Made by a program: the position numbers and the translations under genes | Assembly (NCBI GenBank): GCA_030141605.1 | Contig: JAQGDQ010000001.1 | Coordinates: 1,984,001 to 2,048,000 of the forward strand | Length of the DNA stretch: 64,000 nucleotides | DNA from: Tubiluchus corallicola | Taxonomy: Eukaryota; Animalia; Priapulida | Direction: 5' to 3' | In this document: positions 48,367 to 62,099 of the stretch, one piece after another | Numbering within the stretch: the first letter of the stretch is position 1 | How the letters are laid out: every line of letters begins with the position of its first letter | Notes under the pieces: model-generated | Told to the model about the DNA's origin: nothing | The model's database searches: none | Seen by the model: only the letters and a program-made list of their open reading frames with translations

Positions 48367-51300
48367 TGTTATTATTACTTATATACATGTGAGACAAAAC
48401 TTACATATATACATGTATGATATGCAAAAGACAAACATTACAGCCGACCATTCCAGCCAACGATTTTTGTCACCCACTCTCTCACATGCAATCACTTAGT
48501 CCAAGAATGTTAAATTAACCGGTCGTGAAGTCGTTCTTTTAATTTCGGCGATTAATTTATTTGTTGAACTTGTCAAATCGCCTAATCAACTCACTGCGAA
48601 AATCGGTAATTTGCCTTCTTCTTTGGTGCCTTCGCTAAATGCATAATATATTTTTAGTCTAGAAAAAGCATTAATGTTTGAAATGTGATCATCTGGGAAA
48701 GAGTCTTTCCGCTTGAACTTGTAACATTTCCGGATATCAGTTACAATAGATCACTAAACCCTCGGGGATAAAAAGAAAACCTTACTCGAACTGCTGGCGT
48801 AGCTTCAGCAGTACTTGCTCCAGGTTTTATGGAATTTGAGAAAAGTGCATGAAATAGGCAACAATAACATTGCAGCAGGAAACAGGAAAAAAGATCGAAG
48901 AAGAATGAGTGAATGAATGCATAAATGAATAAATGCGTGAGTGAATGAATGAATCAAGAAAAACGACGAAAGAAAACAAGTCGAAATGGACGAATAAAAA
49001 AGAAACAAATAACTGACAAAGCTGCATGTGAAGAAAGGGAAAAAATTGCTAAACTAACAAATAAACAAACAGACACACGCATGCAAACAAACAAACAAAT
49101 AAACAAATCAGAAAAAAGAACAAGTTAATACATTAAACAAGTCTGCTATCAGACGAAGCAAAGGCGAACTGGTAAACGCGAAGTGACAAGCCTACAAGCC
49201 TACGTGTAAAATCTATGAGATACAATTAAAAATCTATCGAAATGACTAAATTGCGTTAACATACATGTATAAATAGTTCTAATAAATTTTGCAGGCACAA
49301 AGTTTTACGGTGTATACCTAGAAATAATGCTCAAGTTGAATTTCTGCGATCACTTGTTGACGATCCAGACTTGCCAGTGAGTAAACACGTATTTGTGTCC
49401 ATTTTTCTGAAATACTCTTTCATAATAATTTTTTTCCTCACAAACCTCCAACTTTCAAAGAGAGCCTGAGGACTTTCTAAATACTTTTCCTAGAAAGTCA
49501 TATGATATATCTTTTAGAAAATTTTTTCCTTCTAAGCTCACTTGAAAACTTGTTTAGTTCAACATACTAGGTGATACTCTTTACGTAATGGCCATTTTTC
49601 TGTTCTAGCTTGATTTCTGGTTGTATCCGGGCATTCCTGGTCGTCCCGTTGATGTCAGAGTACCTCCTGAGGTGTTTGACGATGTTATGCAACTGCTGCA
49701 AGATCATGGGATAGATCCAACTATTACAATTAACAATGTGCAGAAGTATATAACCAATATAATGCTTTAGAGTCAATTAACGTTGACAGCACACATAATG
49801 GTCCTATATGTTCATTGTTTAAGATGTTAATTCATTAACGTAACTCGTTTTATAAATCGTACATGAATGGGATTTTCCTTTCTAAATAATATGCACACTT
49901 AATGCCTCACTTATCAAAAGCTAAGTAACAACATAAGCTAAATCATAGGGCTTACTGATGTTGCCAAATTATTCTGCTGTTATTAGATTAGTTGATCAAG
50001 AACGACTGTGGAACAACATGAATGCAGAAGACAACCGACGCCGATTCATCCGAAGTACAAACAGTAACGAGAGTGACAGCAGCAACAACAATGACGGTAT
50101 TTGGCATACTGTTGAACAAGAAGATCCTCTTTTTCAGTATAATCCTATCTATCAAGTACGACATAAGGACACGAAGGAAATATTTCGCCTAGATCGTTAC
50201 AACTCTTTGGAAGATGTAAGGGCTGTACATAATTTCAAAAAAAATGTGGAAATGGCTCTAAGAATATTGACCTTTATACCAAATTGGCCTTTATGTGCAA
50301 ATGCTTATTGACAATTTTAAACAAACCGACAGGAATCACGTGTTTGTCAGAGTCAGTTAACACAGTTGTCGAATCTCGTGTACAGGAGTGTTATACAGTA
50401 CAATTTGATCACCGAATTTCCGGATTTATTGCACATGAAACCGCTGAAAAGCCATTTGAACAGGTTTCGATGCCATGGCAAAAATTTAATGTTACGGCCT
50501 CAAATTAGTTGGAATTTTATCAACAATTTTAATTAGTGGTTGGTCTAAATTTAACTGATTGCGTGTCAGCCAAGCTAGCTGTTCCTGCCCTGCATTTTAC
50601 GTAAGTAACCAATATGATTCAAAATGATTCACGACATTGTTCCCTTGAGCTGCTTATAATATTTCATTTATAGCTGCTTATTTTTACAGATTGAGAAGAT
50701 TAAACGATTGATATCAGAATCTTGGAGTTCTCTAGTTTCTATTCACAATATTGGCACATCCAGTGAAGGCCGACCATTAAACGTCGTTAAGGTAACCCAG
50801 TTTTTTACAAGATAGTAAATAAAATGAAGACGGAAAAGCAGGCCTGACTCAAGAAATTTTGAAAGTAGCAGCAAATGTTCTTACTTCCTGTGGGCAACTG
50901 AGAAGTAGCTGGATGTCACAAAATGTCACAATATGTGACGAGTTGTACCCGCGCACACAAGACCTGTTGAATTTTAATGGCGACCACTTCGCACTTTCGT
51001 TTCATCGTTTTGAAATGTTTATTCGTTTCTCTAATTCATGTTGCACCCTTTCTAAAATGCGGTTTTTGTAACTTTCTCTCAAAAATTATTGTATGCGATT
51101 CTACGTCTATGTATTTGACATTGGTGAGGGTTATTGTTACCCTAGAAAAGTTAATTAACACCAAGTTAGGTAAATATGGCGAATATGAATTGTTGAGAAA
51201 TTCCGAAATTTGAATTATAAGCTACTCTCGAGTTACTGAAGCAGTCTTCTTTCAACGTTTTATTATTAGATAACAAGCCCAATACAGGAAGGATCCGCCA

Positions 51301-54300
51301 ACTCATCAAAACCAGTCATCTGGATTACTGGCGGAATGCACGGAAGAGAATGGATCTCCCCTGCTGTTGTCTTGTACTTTATAGCAGCGGTAAGATGATT
51401 TAAACGACCGCCATTATCAAACTAATTTTTTGTAATGTACTCTTGCTTGCAAAATCTTATCTGATAACTTAATGAAATCATTATTTGAATAAACGATGGC
51501 GTCTGGAAGTCGCAACACAGAAAATTTAATTGTCTTCAGCGCTCAGCTCCCATTGAAACCTTCGGCTACTAAATGTTCGCTTTACATAATAGACTTCGCT
51601 ATTATTATATTAAAGTACGGTATGTTAGATATTCCCAGACAGACAGTCATGTTGTTGAATCGCGGTGTTTAAATGATATTGAATTTGAGCCACTATTATC
51701 TATTATGAATCGTAGACTTTCTACGATAGATTCGCCCCTTTCGTCCTCGCACGCGCACATACACGCATTCACGCAAACGCTGTGCTAGACCTATGAATTG
51801 ACATAAAAGAGAGAATGGAATTTTATTCTTCGTACACACATCGTATACCTATGTCAAGGGGAAGAACGATTTTTTATATTGTTTTGTGGATTCTGTGCGA
51901 GTTTGACCTAACAAACAACACTACGCAAACATGATTTAGCGTAAGGAATTTTTCTTTACTTTATGCTGCATATCTCGGTGCATCGAAAATTGCTATACTC
52001 TAACGAAATTTTATCACGTTATTGCTCTGTACTGCACAAATCACACTCTGTTATAGTTTTAGTGCTGTATTTTTAAGTCAGGACTTTTTTCTTTAGTTAG
52101 TGTTAAATTACGATGCTGATTCTGATATAAAACTGATTGTGGATCATTACGAATGGCACATTCTACCTGTGGCTAATCCAGACGGGTATGCCTACACCAT
52201 GACAGACGCAGCTTGGGGTGGCGTAAGTTTTTTTTAGAGTGGTAAATAACCTTTTTCTGGGTGTTCAAAAACAATGAGGAATAGTTCGCAGCAATTTACT
52301 GCATGAAAGTTTTCCTGAAATTGCTGAAACAATATAGGGAATCTATCATACCCTCACTAGTTAGTGCAAACACGCCTTTCACCCGCTGCCCACAATATTG
52401 TGGGTATGATGTAAATAACGACTCCTAAACCATGGAATTGTTTTTTTCCATCGAACAAAATGGCCTGTAAATTCGCTGGTTCAACCCCACCAAATACATT
52501 GAGATTTATCCTGAAAGGCAAAGCTAAGCTTGGGTTTATCGAAGAACAAAACATTTTGTGTTATTCAAAAGACAAGTTTCTGAGACGCCTGTAAAAATAT
52601 TGAAGGGTCTTGAGTTTGATAGTGATCTCTCAGATCATACCCTCAAGATCGCAGTCTGGGGCATGAGACATTTTTCCACCAATTAGTGATGGAATGATAG
52701 ATTCTACTGTTTCAGAAGTTCTTTGATGTAATAAATTGTTCTGTACTGCTATTCATTTTTGTACCTAGCAAAAGGTTACATACGACACTGTATATCACAA
52801 CGGTGATATATTTTGAATCTAAAAAACTAATATGATCTGATGTAATATTATTATATAGTACGATAATAATTGTGTTGAAACATTTAACTTTATTTGTTCA
52901 ACGCATAGGATCGCATGTGGAGAAAAACGCGTTCTGTGCACGAAGCGAATGGGAAAATTTGCACTGGAGTTGATCCAAACAGGAACTGGGATATTCATTG
53001 GGGTGGTAAGTTTGCCGAAAATAATTATGTTTTGTTTTTATATTGCTCTTGTCTGTTTGTGTGTTAGTTATTTTTAATTATTCTTAACCCGTTTTCATTT
53101 TAACTCATTTATTTTCTTTTTCTTTTTATTTTTCCTTCTCTCTTCCATTTCTCCCTGCCTGATTTCATTCTTTTTGTCTTTTGTTGTTTTTCTACTCTTT
53201 CGATCATTCTCTCAGTTATTAACTATTAGTTGTTTGCACGTTTGTTCGATGCTTTTCTCTGTTTGTTCGTTTATTATATACGATGATTTTGCTTGCTTCT
53301 TTATTTGCGGTTGTCTTCGTTTACTCATATATTAATTTATCTAGATAATTATTATTAGTCACTTGGTCTATTCTACAAATTCAAGCGTTAAAAATTGTTC
53401 TGCATTACATTTTTTACTTGGAGTTTTACAAACTAGTGATGATTTTTTCTCCCTCGGAGAAGAATCTACACTCAGAGGAAGAAGAAAGGGATATAATAAC
53501 ACAAATTGGCCGATGGATTAGTAACAGACCTATTGCAGAAGACCAAGTTGCCACCCGAAGGCTATTAATATTGTTACGGAGGCACCTGTGTCGGGTCAGG
53601 TGTATGGCCCTCTGCACGCCCTGCTTCCACGTCAGCAGCGACTCACCCCTTTCTTGTAGGTCCAGACGTCTTGTTTGGGCCTACACGTGGTGTGAGAAGC
53701 CAGCTGACCTGGAATGCCAGTGTAAAAGCGTGTAGAGGTCACTACAGCCTGGATTTCTGACACAGGTGCTCCTTGGGTGTAGTGCTTGTTACTGAGTTAA
53801 ATAGTTATTTTTTGTGCACGTGTATTTTGGTTCCTTATTTTTATTAGTGCTGTTAATAAACTCCGTACAGCGTAGTTTTTGTGTATTTTGTTTTATGAGA
53901 GCTAGATGACATGCTGTAACAGGTATAAGGTACTTGTTTACAGACATTAATTTAGTTATTTAACATAACATTTGTAATTAACATTAACATTTGTAATTAA
54001 GTATCGGTTACACAACGATTATAAAATGGAACTTAATGATGCGCAATATCAAGACCGCCATGCCATCTTGGAGTTCGACCTCCTGGGTCGAATTCAGTCC
54101 AATATTATAGCATAGACTATGAACCATGTTGTATAACGTGTATACCCTTGTGTATAGATCTCATATAAAATTATAAGTTTATTTAGGACATATATAAACG
54201 TAAATTTGTGCATTGCAAATTGCAAAACCAATCCAAAAGCAGTAAAAATCAATTTTTCGTAAATATTTCATCAATCAGAAATTTCATATCAAGTGCAAAA

Positions 54301-55521
54301 AACATCAGAAAGGCTGTAATTATTCAAACTTGTTCGAAATGGTGATTTGTGCACATGAGCCTGTACAATAATAATCTGAAACTGCATATTTTCAATCTAA
54401 AGTTACGTCATTATATTTTATCACTTTTTTAACATTTTATTGTACTCAAATTACTACATGAGGATAATGAACTATTAGGATATGCTCAGTTTTCGTTATT
54501 GATCATTTGTTTTCATTTTATATATTTTTCCAAGATACTTTAAAACTAACTTGTGTAATTTTTGAGAACGCAAATTCGACCGGTGTACAACGTTTGCAAT
54601 TTTTTGTATTACCTCTAAAAATTTGAGTGAACTAGAATTTATTTTCTGGGTTATTTAAATAATTCTAAACGCATCACTCAGTCTACATGTGAGAAACCAT
54701 TTTTCTATAATAACGAAAGCGGTAATTTTGACAACCACGATATAGGAATAACGCTTACACATGTCCACACTATTCATTTTATTAAGAGTAGCAGGAATTA
54801 AAATTAATACTTGACCTAATATATACAGCGATTATAACGACGATGAACTGACAAATTTTATTAGTAAATATAGCAAAAATCGTAAATTTTATGTCTTAAC
54901 ATGCAAAGCTTGGCAAAGAAACATTGGTGCCAAAAGATACTACACATGCTTGATGATTCAAAAACTACCACAATCGGGAAAACACAAATTTGGCTTCACA
55001 AAAATGTGTTAAATAATTCTTTACCGCTGACTAATTACATATTACTGCGTAAATATGGAAACAAAAACAAAAGAGGCGGAGATTTGGCAATGTACATTCC
55101 AAATCATTTTTAAGTCTAATCAAATCAAAGGTGTCCGAACTAACAAAATAGAATATACAAATACAATAACATAGAAACTAGCATTATTAGCACAGCATAC
55201 AGTTCCCAAAATCAGAAATATAAAGCTTTCCTAAAATATTTTAGCACAGAATTGGAACATGCAGCACGTCAAAATAAACCTTTACTAACCATGAGGGTCA
55301 TAAACATAGACTTAAATACACATAATACCAGAATATATAAAAATATAAGGAAATCCTGGATCAATATAATGTTCAAGTATTAAAGAACAATAAACCTACC
55401 AGAATATCTAAAATAGTCATTGATAATTTTATTAGAGATAATTCAACTAATTAGCCTACATAGCATGAAACATTCTCGTGTGACTAACTGTGATCATCAA
55501 TTTATAAATACATATTATATA

Positions 55522-55571
<50 letters not shown>

Positions 55572-55677
55572 CATATATATATATACATATATATATATAA
55601 TATGTATAAAGACGTATATGTATAATATAGGGGCGTTCAGCTCAAGACAATATTCGAAAATATTCGATATTGTTTGA

Positions 55678-55721
<44 letters not shown>

Positions 55722-58700
55722 TAGATAGATAAATAGATAGATATAAAATATGTATAAAGACGTGTATGTATAATATACGTATGATAACGTATCTACAGCG
55801 GATAGGTTTCATTACTTGTTGCGCCTGAGCACAAGTTATACGATAGCGCAAAACTTTGTTCTTTGTGTCTAGTTAAAATACCACTCAGCTACTAGATTAA
55901 ATTATTTAAGGCGATCATTCTTTATTAACAATCACCTTAATGACTCAGACTCGCCTGTTATAAGTACAGAACCTATTAGTAGGCACGCTTTCGCTTTTAC
56001 TTACTAAATAATTTAATGCGCAGGCTTAAGTGGTTCCTAATTAGTAGTTGCCAACCCAAATAAGCTGATATCATAAAATTTTCAAGAATTCTGTGAGAAC
56101 TCTACTAACTAATACAATCTGACTGGAATATGTGGAATAGTGAATATAGGTTTCAATCAAAATTCACTGGCATTGGCTAAAAATTTCATGTGTTAAACAG
56201 GCCAATGTTGTGAGTCTTAGTACAACTTTTCTGTTGACATTTTATTGTAGTTATGTACATCTTTACTATTATTTTTGAATTAATGATGCTTTAATCATTT
56301 TAATGTATATAATGCAAATGTGGACGAAATGTCCGTGGGGCAGGGTGATTGTATGTGTTTTTTAGTAACGTGTTTTCCTAATTTTTGTATTGACTACATC
56401 TTTAATTTTGTACATGTTAACTGCTGTTTTATATAGAAGAAATTATAAAATGAAGGTTTAAATTCAATTCATTTCAAGTAAACGAAAATTTTTCAAAACA
56501 TTGGCGTGCAGCAACCAAAACAACTGCAGGTCTCCCTTTTGAACTGCAACGTGTGTCATGTTAGCAGTTTATCGCAAGCTCGCAAAGGAACATTTTTTCA
56601 ACAAATTGCAACAATAACATCTAAAAAGGTCCACTTCGTTACACGATTTTATATTTGAAATATGAGATGACATTAATTATCTGGCACATGCACTGTCGTC
56701 GATTATGCACATACGTGTCATAATCACTGAAAACAACTGATTTTCAGCAAACGTCCGTGACTGCACGCTTAGTGCTTAGAGTGCGTGCTGTCACATTTAC
56801 CGCTGTGCTGCTTTGTGTCAAGCTTCATTGCATTATTAATAAAAACCACGTGTACGTTATATGTTAATGGCTTCCTAACTTCAGTCATTGTTAATCTGCT
56901 AAGTGGTGCATTTTATTGTTTTTATGGGTCCAGCATCACACTAATGATTTCCTCTTGTGTCTTTCGTTCCCTGGATGATTATGTCATGTAGTCATCTCAA
57001 ATTGTGAAAAGTACATCTATGAAGTCGCTGAAGTGACTTAATCAGTCAGCGAAATACTAGCGACATTTTTAAAGCAAGAATAAAATTCAAAGGCGGCTAC
57101 GTGCAGAATGGTGAAATTGCACCATCTACACGGCACTATTGTCGGTTTCAGTGAGAATATGTTGAACATAACTTTTGTAAAGCCTACACACAGATTATAC
57201 ACTTATAGACTCCAAATAAAACGCTTTCGACATCAGGTAAATGACGTGAATGCTATGCAAAATATAAAGTTGACTAGAAATAACCAATCGTGCACAATTT
57301 GACCCGACGGTATACTGTAATAGACAATGCGTCTGCTTTCCGTTTGAGAGGTTGTGAGTTCGATTCGGCCGGGTCATAACAAAGACTTTAAAAATGGTAC
57401 CTGTTGTTGCTGTCCCTGGCACGTATTTTGGGTAAGGGCAGGCTTGCGTTTATTACTATGAGATTTTCTAATGGACATTGGCATAGGGATTTTAATGAAA
57501 TCATGCTTTTCGGAAGTTTCTAAAAAACGTTAGCCTTCAGACATCATTTTACTTTTTATATCCAAAAGTTCTTTATAAGGTTCGCTCCTGTCTTGCAGTC
57601 GCGAAAAAATTTTGGCGACTGTCTGTTATTTCGATCATCACAAAAAGTCGCGACCCCGTGAAGTCCTAGCTTAATTATGCCTACAAACATTTCATTATAG
57701 TGGAATTTTAATCACTTGTCTTTTATTTAATACTTGTAGTTGATCTATGGTTTGCCACCTCTCGATATATCTTTAAAAGTGTAGCTGCAAAATTTATTCT
57801 GAAAGTACTATCTGCCTCAAATGAATATTGTCAAATTACACTTTATAAATAGTCATGCAAATCCTCATGTTAATCATAATCACTTTTTACTTCAATTACT
57901 AGCCTATACAGGCGAATTTTTAAAAATCAGCAAAGATATAAACTGGCGTAACATGGATATAGTATCTTTACGACCACCTACGTTTCAATATAAGAAAAGT
58001 GACATTGACAATTATGTGTTGCATATGTGGACAAATAGATGTCGCCACAAGTACCAATGTACAAGCACCAGTATTAACCCGATAAAAGTTTTTAATACGC
58101 CCATGCAATTCCCTGTCTCTTTGGGCAGGAGAAAATTAGAAGCTTTAGCTTTCAGTTTATTACTTAAGCAGGGAAATTTTAAGGAATTTTTGTACAAAAT
58201 TGGGCAGGCTCCTAATAGTACACGTAACTGCTTATTAAGCCCTCAGTCTGTACATCATTTATTATTTGAATGTACATTAGTAAACCAAGCCAAAAGAAAT
58301 TATTTTACTAGCATTCTGCCTACGTTAGATGTTTTCTCTAGCCGAGATAATAATCCTATAAATGCTTTTGCAAATCTTAACTCGGATGAATTCCTATCGT
58401 CTTTGGCCTGTACATAAATAGTCTGTTGGCGATGAAATTTTACAACTCTCGTCGTGTTTTCTATATGCTGTTTTGTTTTTATTGATGATTATGTGAATTT
58501 GCATTAAAATTGGTAATTATTTTTATTATAATTGTACTCGCTGTTTTTCATTGTGTATAGTGCGTGAAGATTTTTGTTACTATGTATTAACATATGTTCG
58601 TTATCTTTACATACATAATAAAAGGTGTAGCGTTGGATTATAATTTGTAACTATGTCTATTGTATATGATCGTTGTCGTTTAATGTGTCTCATGTGTTGG

Positions 58701-60848
58701 ATTCTAAATTATATATATTATATATATGTGTGTGTGTGTGTGCGTGTGCGTGTGCGTGCGTGCGTGCGTTTGTGCGTGTGTGTGAATAGGTTTAATACGT
58801 TGTAAATGCTTTTAGAAATTTTAACCATATCCCTACAAATAGAGGGAATGTATTTTGTACATAGTTTTTAAAAATATGTAATAATAATAATAATAATAAT
58901 AATTAATAATAATACTTGTAAAAATACCCGCAGCAACATACATATTTGCCAAAGCCAAGTCTATAATGGACCTTGACATTTTCTTCCGAGGGCCGACTGG
59001 GCCTTGGTTCTAAAATGCTTAGGAAAAACTAGCTTAATCTAATTCTACTGGATGATCAATTTCACAATTTAGCTTGTTTGTAATAAAGGAGCTTGTGCAA
59101 CATTCTTCCGGTAATTAACTTAGTTGTACTGATTGTAATTTTCAGAGAGAGGCGCAAGTCATCATCCCTGTTCTATTGTGTACGCGGGTCCATCGGCTTT
59201 CTCGGAACCGGAAGTTGCCTCTCAAGCGGCCTTTATTGAACTAAACAGCGGCCGAGTAAAGATAGCAATTGATTTTCACAGCAATGGGCAAATCTGGATG
59301 ACCCCATACGCGTATTCCAAAAAGTATCCGGCTGATTTCGACGATATGGTACATAACACTTTCTTTTTTTCGTATGTAATGTTTCGCCTCACATTTCCTT
59401 AATATTTTCTACGTGTTCCACAATTTACACTCCTGCGCAGATATAGAGTTCTTATTAACTCTATTGTATGTAAGTTTTTGTTAACTAACACTGATCCATG
59501 ATAAGTTTTTTCAGTCATATATATAATAAGATAGGGTCATTGTCCAATATAGAAACATTACGCTTTCTAAAATCAAGCAATCAAATTACTGCGAATGCAG
59601 TTGCTGCCGTTGCTGCTGCTGTTGTTGTTGTGCTTCGCCGTTGTTCATCGATTATTATTGTTCCTGCCTTTCATCATCGGTGGCGACGGCAATTGTGGTT
59701 GTTGTTATAGTTGTCATTTTCGTAGTAGCAGTAGCAGCAATGAGCAATAGTGGTCGTAGAAGTAGGAGTAGCGATAATGGCAGCAGGAGCAGCAGCAGCG
59801 GCGGCGGCGGCGGTGATGGTGCTGGTGGTGTTGGCTTCGTCGTCGTCGTCGGCGGCGGCAGCAACAACAACAGCGACGAGGACGACGACGACGACGACGA
59901 CGAGAACGACAGTGCTTGAACGTCACTGAGTTAGAGTATACAGAAGTTTAGCAAAATTATATTCTATCGTGTGTGGTTGTTACGTATTCAGTAAAAATGG
60001 AAACATAAAAAGCTGCTGAAATGTGTGTTAGATTATTCTTTTAATAATTGTTTTTTGTTTGATTACAGTATCTTATGGCCTTGGATGCTACTGATGAATT
60101 ATGGAATGTCAACAAAACTGTTTATTTTGTTGGATCTGTGGCGAATATTATGTGTAAGTTCGTGATCTATTTCAAAATATTTATGGAAAACATCAAATTC
60201 CCAATTTATTACTAAATGGTTTGCATTGAATACTGTTGTTTAGTCCCTTTTTGTTATTTCAGCATTACCAAATGTTTTTCGTGTATAAGCACAAAATCAT
60301 ATACAGAATTGTCTTCCAATAAAAGCTTAGTTGATCGTTTTTTTTTCGTTTTACTTCGCTGTTCGATTCCTATTACCGCTTGCTAAATTGCTAAGTGCTA
60401 GTGATAAAATATTATGTTAGGCTCGCTGTATATCGTCATATTTTTTAATACTTTTCTTGCTACTTTAGATTGGCTCGCGCCTCTATACTACATACTTTGG
60501 TAAGATTTGCAACCAGCTATTAACCTAGACTAGACTGTGGCGTTACTTCGACAACGTGCATGGCCTATATAGTTATAATGTTGCTAGTCTGTGAATGGTT
60601 GTAACTAAACAGTAATTTTCTTTCTTAAAAACAAAAATTGGAAAGCCTTTTTTACTTTAGATCGTGCAAGCGGTAGTGGAATTGACTGGATGCATGACGT
60701 CGCTAGAGTCAAGTACGCATACGGAGTAGAACTACCCGGAGAGGGCTACGCGGACTTTTTTCTAGCACCCGACCGAATTATTCCAGTGAGCGTGGAAACT
60801 TTTCAAGCCCTCAAATACATTGCCAAAGAAGTAATTAACGAAATCTAA
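46355..60848 (+). CDS. Zinc carboxypeptidase, family M14A (carboxypeptidase A-like preproenzyme), ~507 aa, 11 exons
   Basis: Phase-consistent exons: 46355-46509 (signal [26 protein letters not shown]), 49295-49376 (HKVLRCIP), 49609-49745 ([12 protein letters not shown]), 49987-50215, 50690-50791 ([10 protein letters not shown]), 51270-51389 ([10 protein letters not shown]), 52097-52222 (PVANPDGY), 52909-53005 ([16 protein letters not shown]), 59146-59348 ([15 protein letters not shown]), 60069-60153, 60661-60848 ([18 protein letters not shown]). Zn ligands H69/E72/H196 plus R127, N144-R145, Y248 and E270 are present. Confidence 0.93.
53572..53921 (+). mobile_element. Possible solo LTR
   Basis: About 350-bp relatively GC-rich block starting TGTTAC and ending GTAACA (inverted termini), with AATAAA near 53855; TSD match is poor. 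Confidence 0.45.
54880..55500 (+). mobile_element. Decayed LINE ORF2 APE-endonuclease remnant
   Basis: Ordered degenerate motifs: [22 protein letters not shown] (YRPP-like), INIDL, KPTRI..IDNF; multiple stops. Confidence 0.55.
55515..55745. repeat. (TA)n/(TACA) microsatellite blocks
   Basis: Two TA runs, each followed by a similar 'aatatgtataaagacgt(a/g)tatgtataatata' segment. Confidence 0.9.
57305..57425 (+). mobile_element. tRNA-derived SINE with V-SINE-like central domain
   Basis: B-box-like GAGTTCGATTC followed by GGGTCATAACAAAGACTTTAAAAATGGTACC..TGC..CCTGGCAC, resembling the V-domain consensus from memory. Confidence 0.6.
57821..58417 (+). mobile_element. Non-LTR retrotransposon ORF2 C-terminal remnant (zinc-knuckle region, I/R1-like)
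   Basis: [11 protein letters not shown]...[12 protein letters not shown] matches the terminal CCHC-type motif of LINE ORF2; lies within carboxypeptidase intron 8. Confidence 0.6.
59600..59910. repeat. Cryptic compound trinucleotide low-complexity tract (GCT/GTT/GGC/GAC)
   Basis: Direct inspection; intronic. Confidence 0.85.
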
Positions 60849-61320
60849 TCAGCACTGAGTACTGTATTATAATGGCGAAGTCATATATTGCACGTAATGG
60901 TCACACATACTGACGAAATAATGTACTATTAAAATTTTACAAGCCTAAATTATTTCATCGAATATTTAATTTAGGTCAATATTTTATATTTTTCCACTTT
61001 TTGTTGTAAATGTTTGTTGTACAGAAAAAATGCAGTTGATTTAATGTATATGTAATAATAATAATAATACACTTGCAGATTAGCAAAATTCAGAGAAAGA
61101 TTCTTTAAATGTTTTTAAATATCAGTTTTAGTAATTATATTAAACGTATGTCTGTTTGCAGGAAAATATTTAGTCAGAGCGACTCTGACTTATGCACAGC
61201 CAGCGGCCAATTAGCTCTCCTTTTGTCTTCCCCCTTCACCTGAGTTGGGCAACAAAAGCGCCTCCCTAACACAGGCAGAAAATACATTGAAATATACTGC
61301 CAGAGTTAAGGTCAAGCGTG

Positions 61321-61449
<129 letters not shown>

Positions 61450-61689
61450 GTCCAGCCACACAAATTTTCTGCAACTAGCAGCAGTGCAGAGATACTATAA
61501 TGCTTGAGTAATAGTTATGTAGACGTATAATGTCTGGAAAGATTAGAAACAGTCACATTTATCAGTTTCTCCAAGCCAAAAAGCTAAACGCAGCTTGCGA
61601 TCTGTGTATTAGGTCGTTTTTTATTTTGAATCTGAAATTTGGTTGGCAACTAGACGGGATGAACTTTAGACTGCCTTCCCGCTAGAGAA

Positions 61690-61760
61690 ATGCGGTTGCC
61701 TAGTAGTCTGAAGCGTCTGCTGTGTAAGCAGAAGGTCCCAGGCTCAAATCCAGGCTCCCA
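61690..61760 (+). pseudogene. tRNA-like sequence (Thr-TGT-like pseudo-tRNA or SINE head)
   Basis: A-box-like TTGCCTAGTAG, anticodon arm TCTGC-tgTGTaa-GCAGA, degenerate T-loop GGCTCAAATCC; no clear acceptor stem. Confidence 0.45.
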
Positions 61761-62099
61761 AATTCCAACCTTTTTCACTATTTACGTCTTTCAAATTTGA
61801 TATCAAAATTTAACTTATTGTGGAATTCTAACATAATGAGTTCACTGACATATTAAAATTAGATTCTTTCAGCTGGAATTACAAAATTTGTTACAGTTAC
61901 CAGATCGACTCTGTCATGATGTCTGGACAAAAGAAATGAAGCAGTTTAGCAAACCAGCGAAACACTTATGATGTGGAAACTCAGAGTAATGTTCGTAATA
62001 CTGTAATAATAAATAACCACACGCTTCATCATACTGTGAATAGCCTAGGATGCTTGACCTGCAGAAAATGAAAATGTAACAAAACTATTAGCAGCGCTA

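Noticed and set aside
61690-61760. Functional tRNA-Thr gene
   Set aside because: The T-loop is mutated (GGCTCAA) and the acceptor stem does not pair; kept only as tRNA-like.
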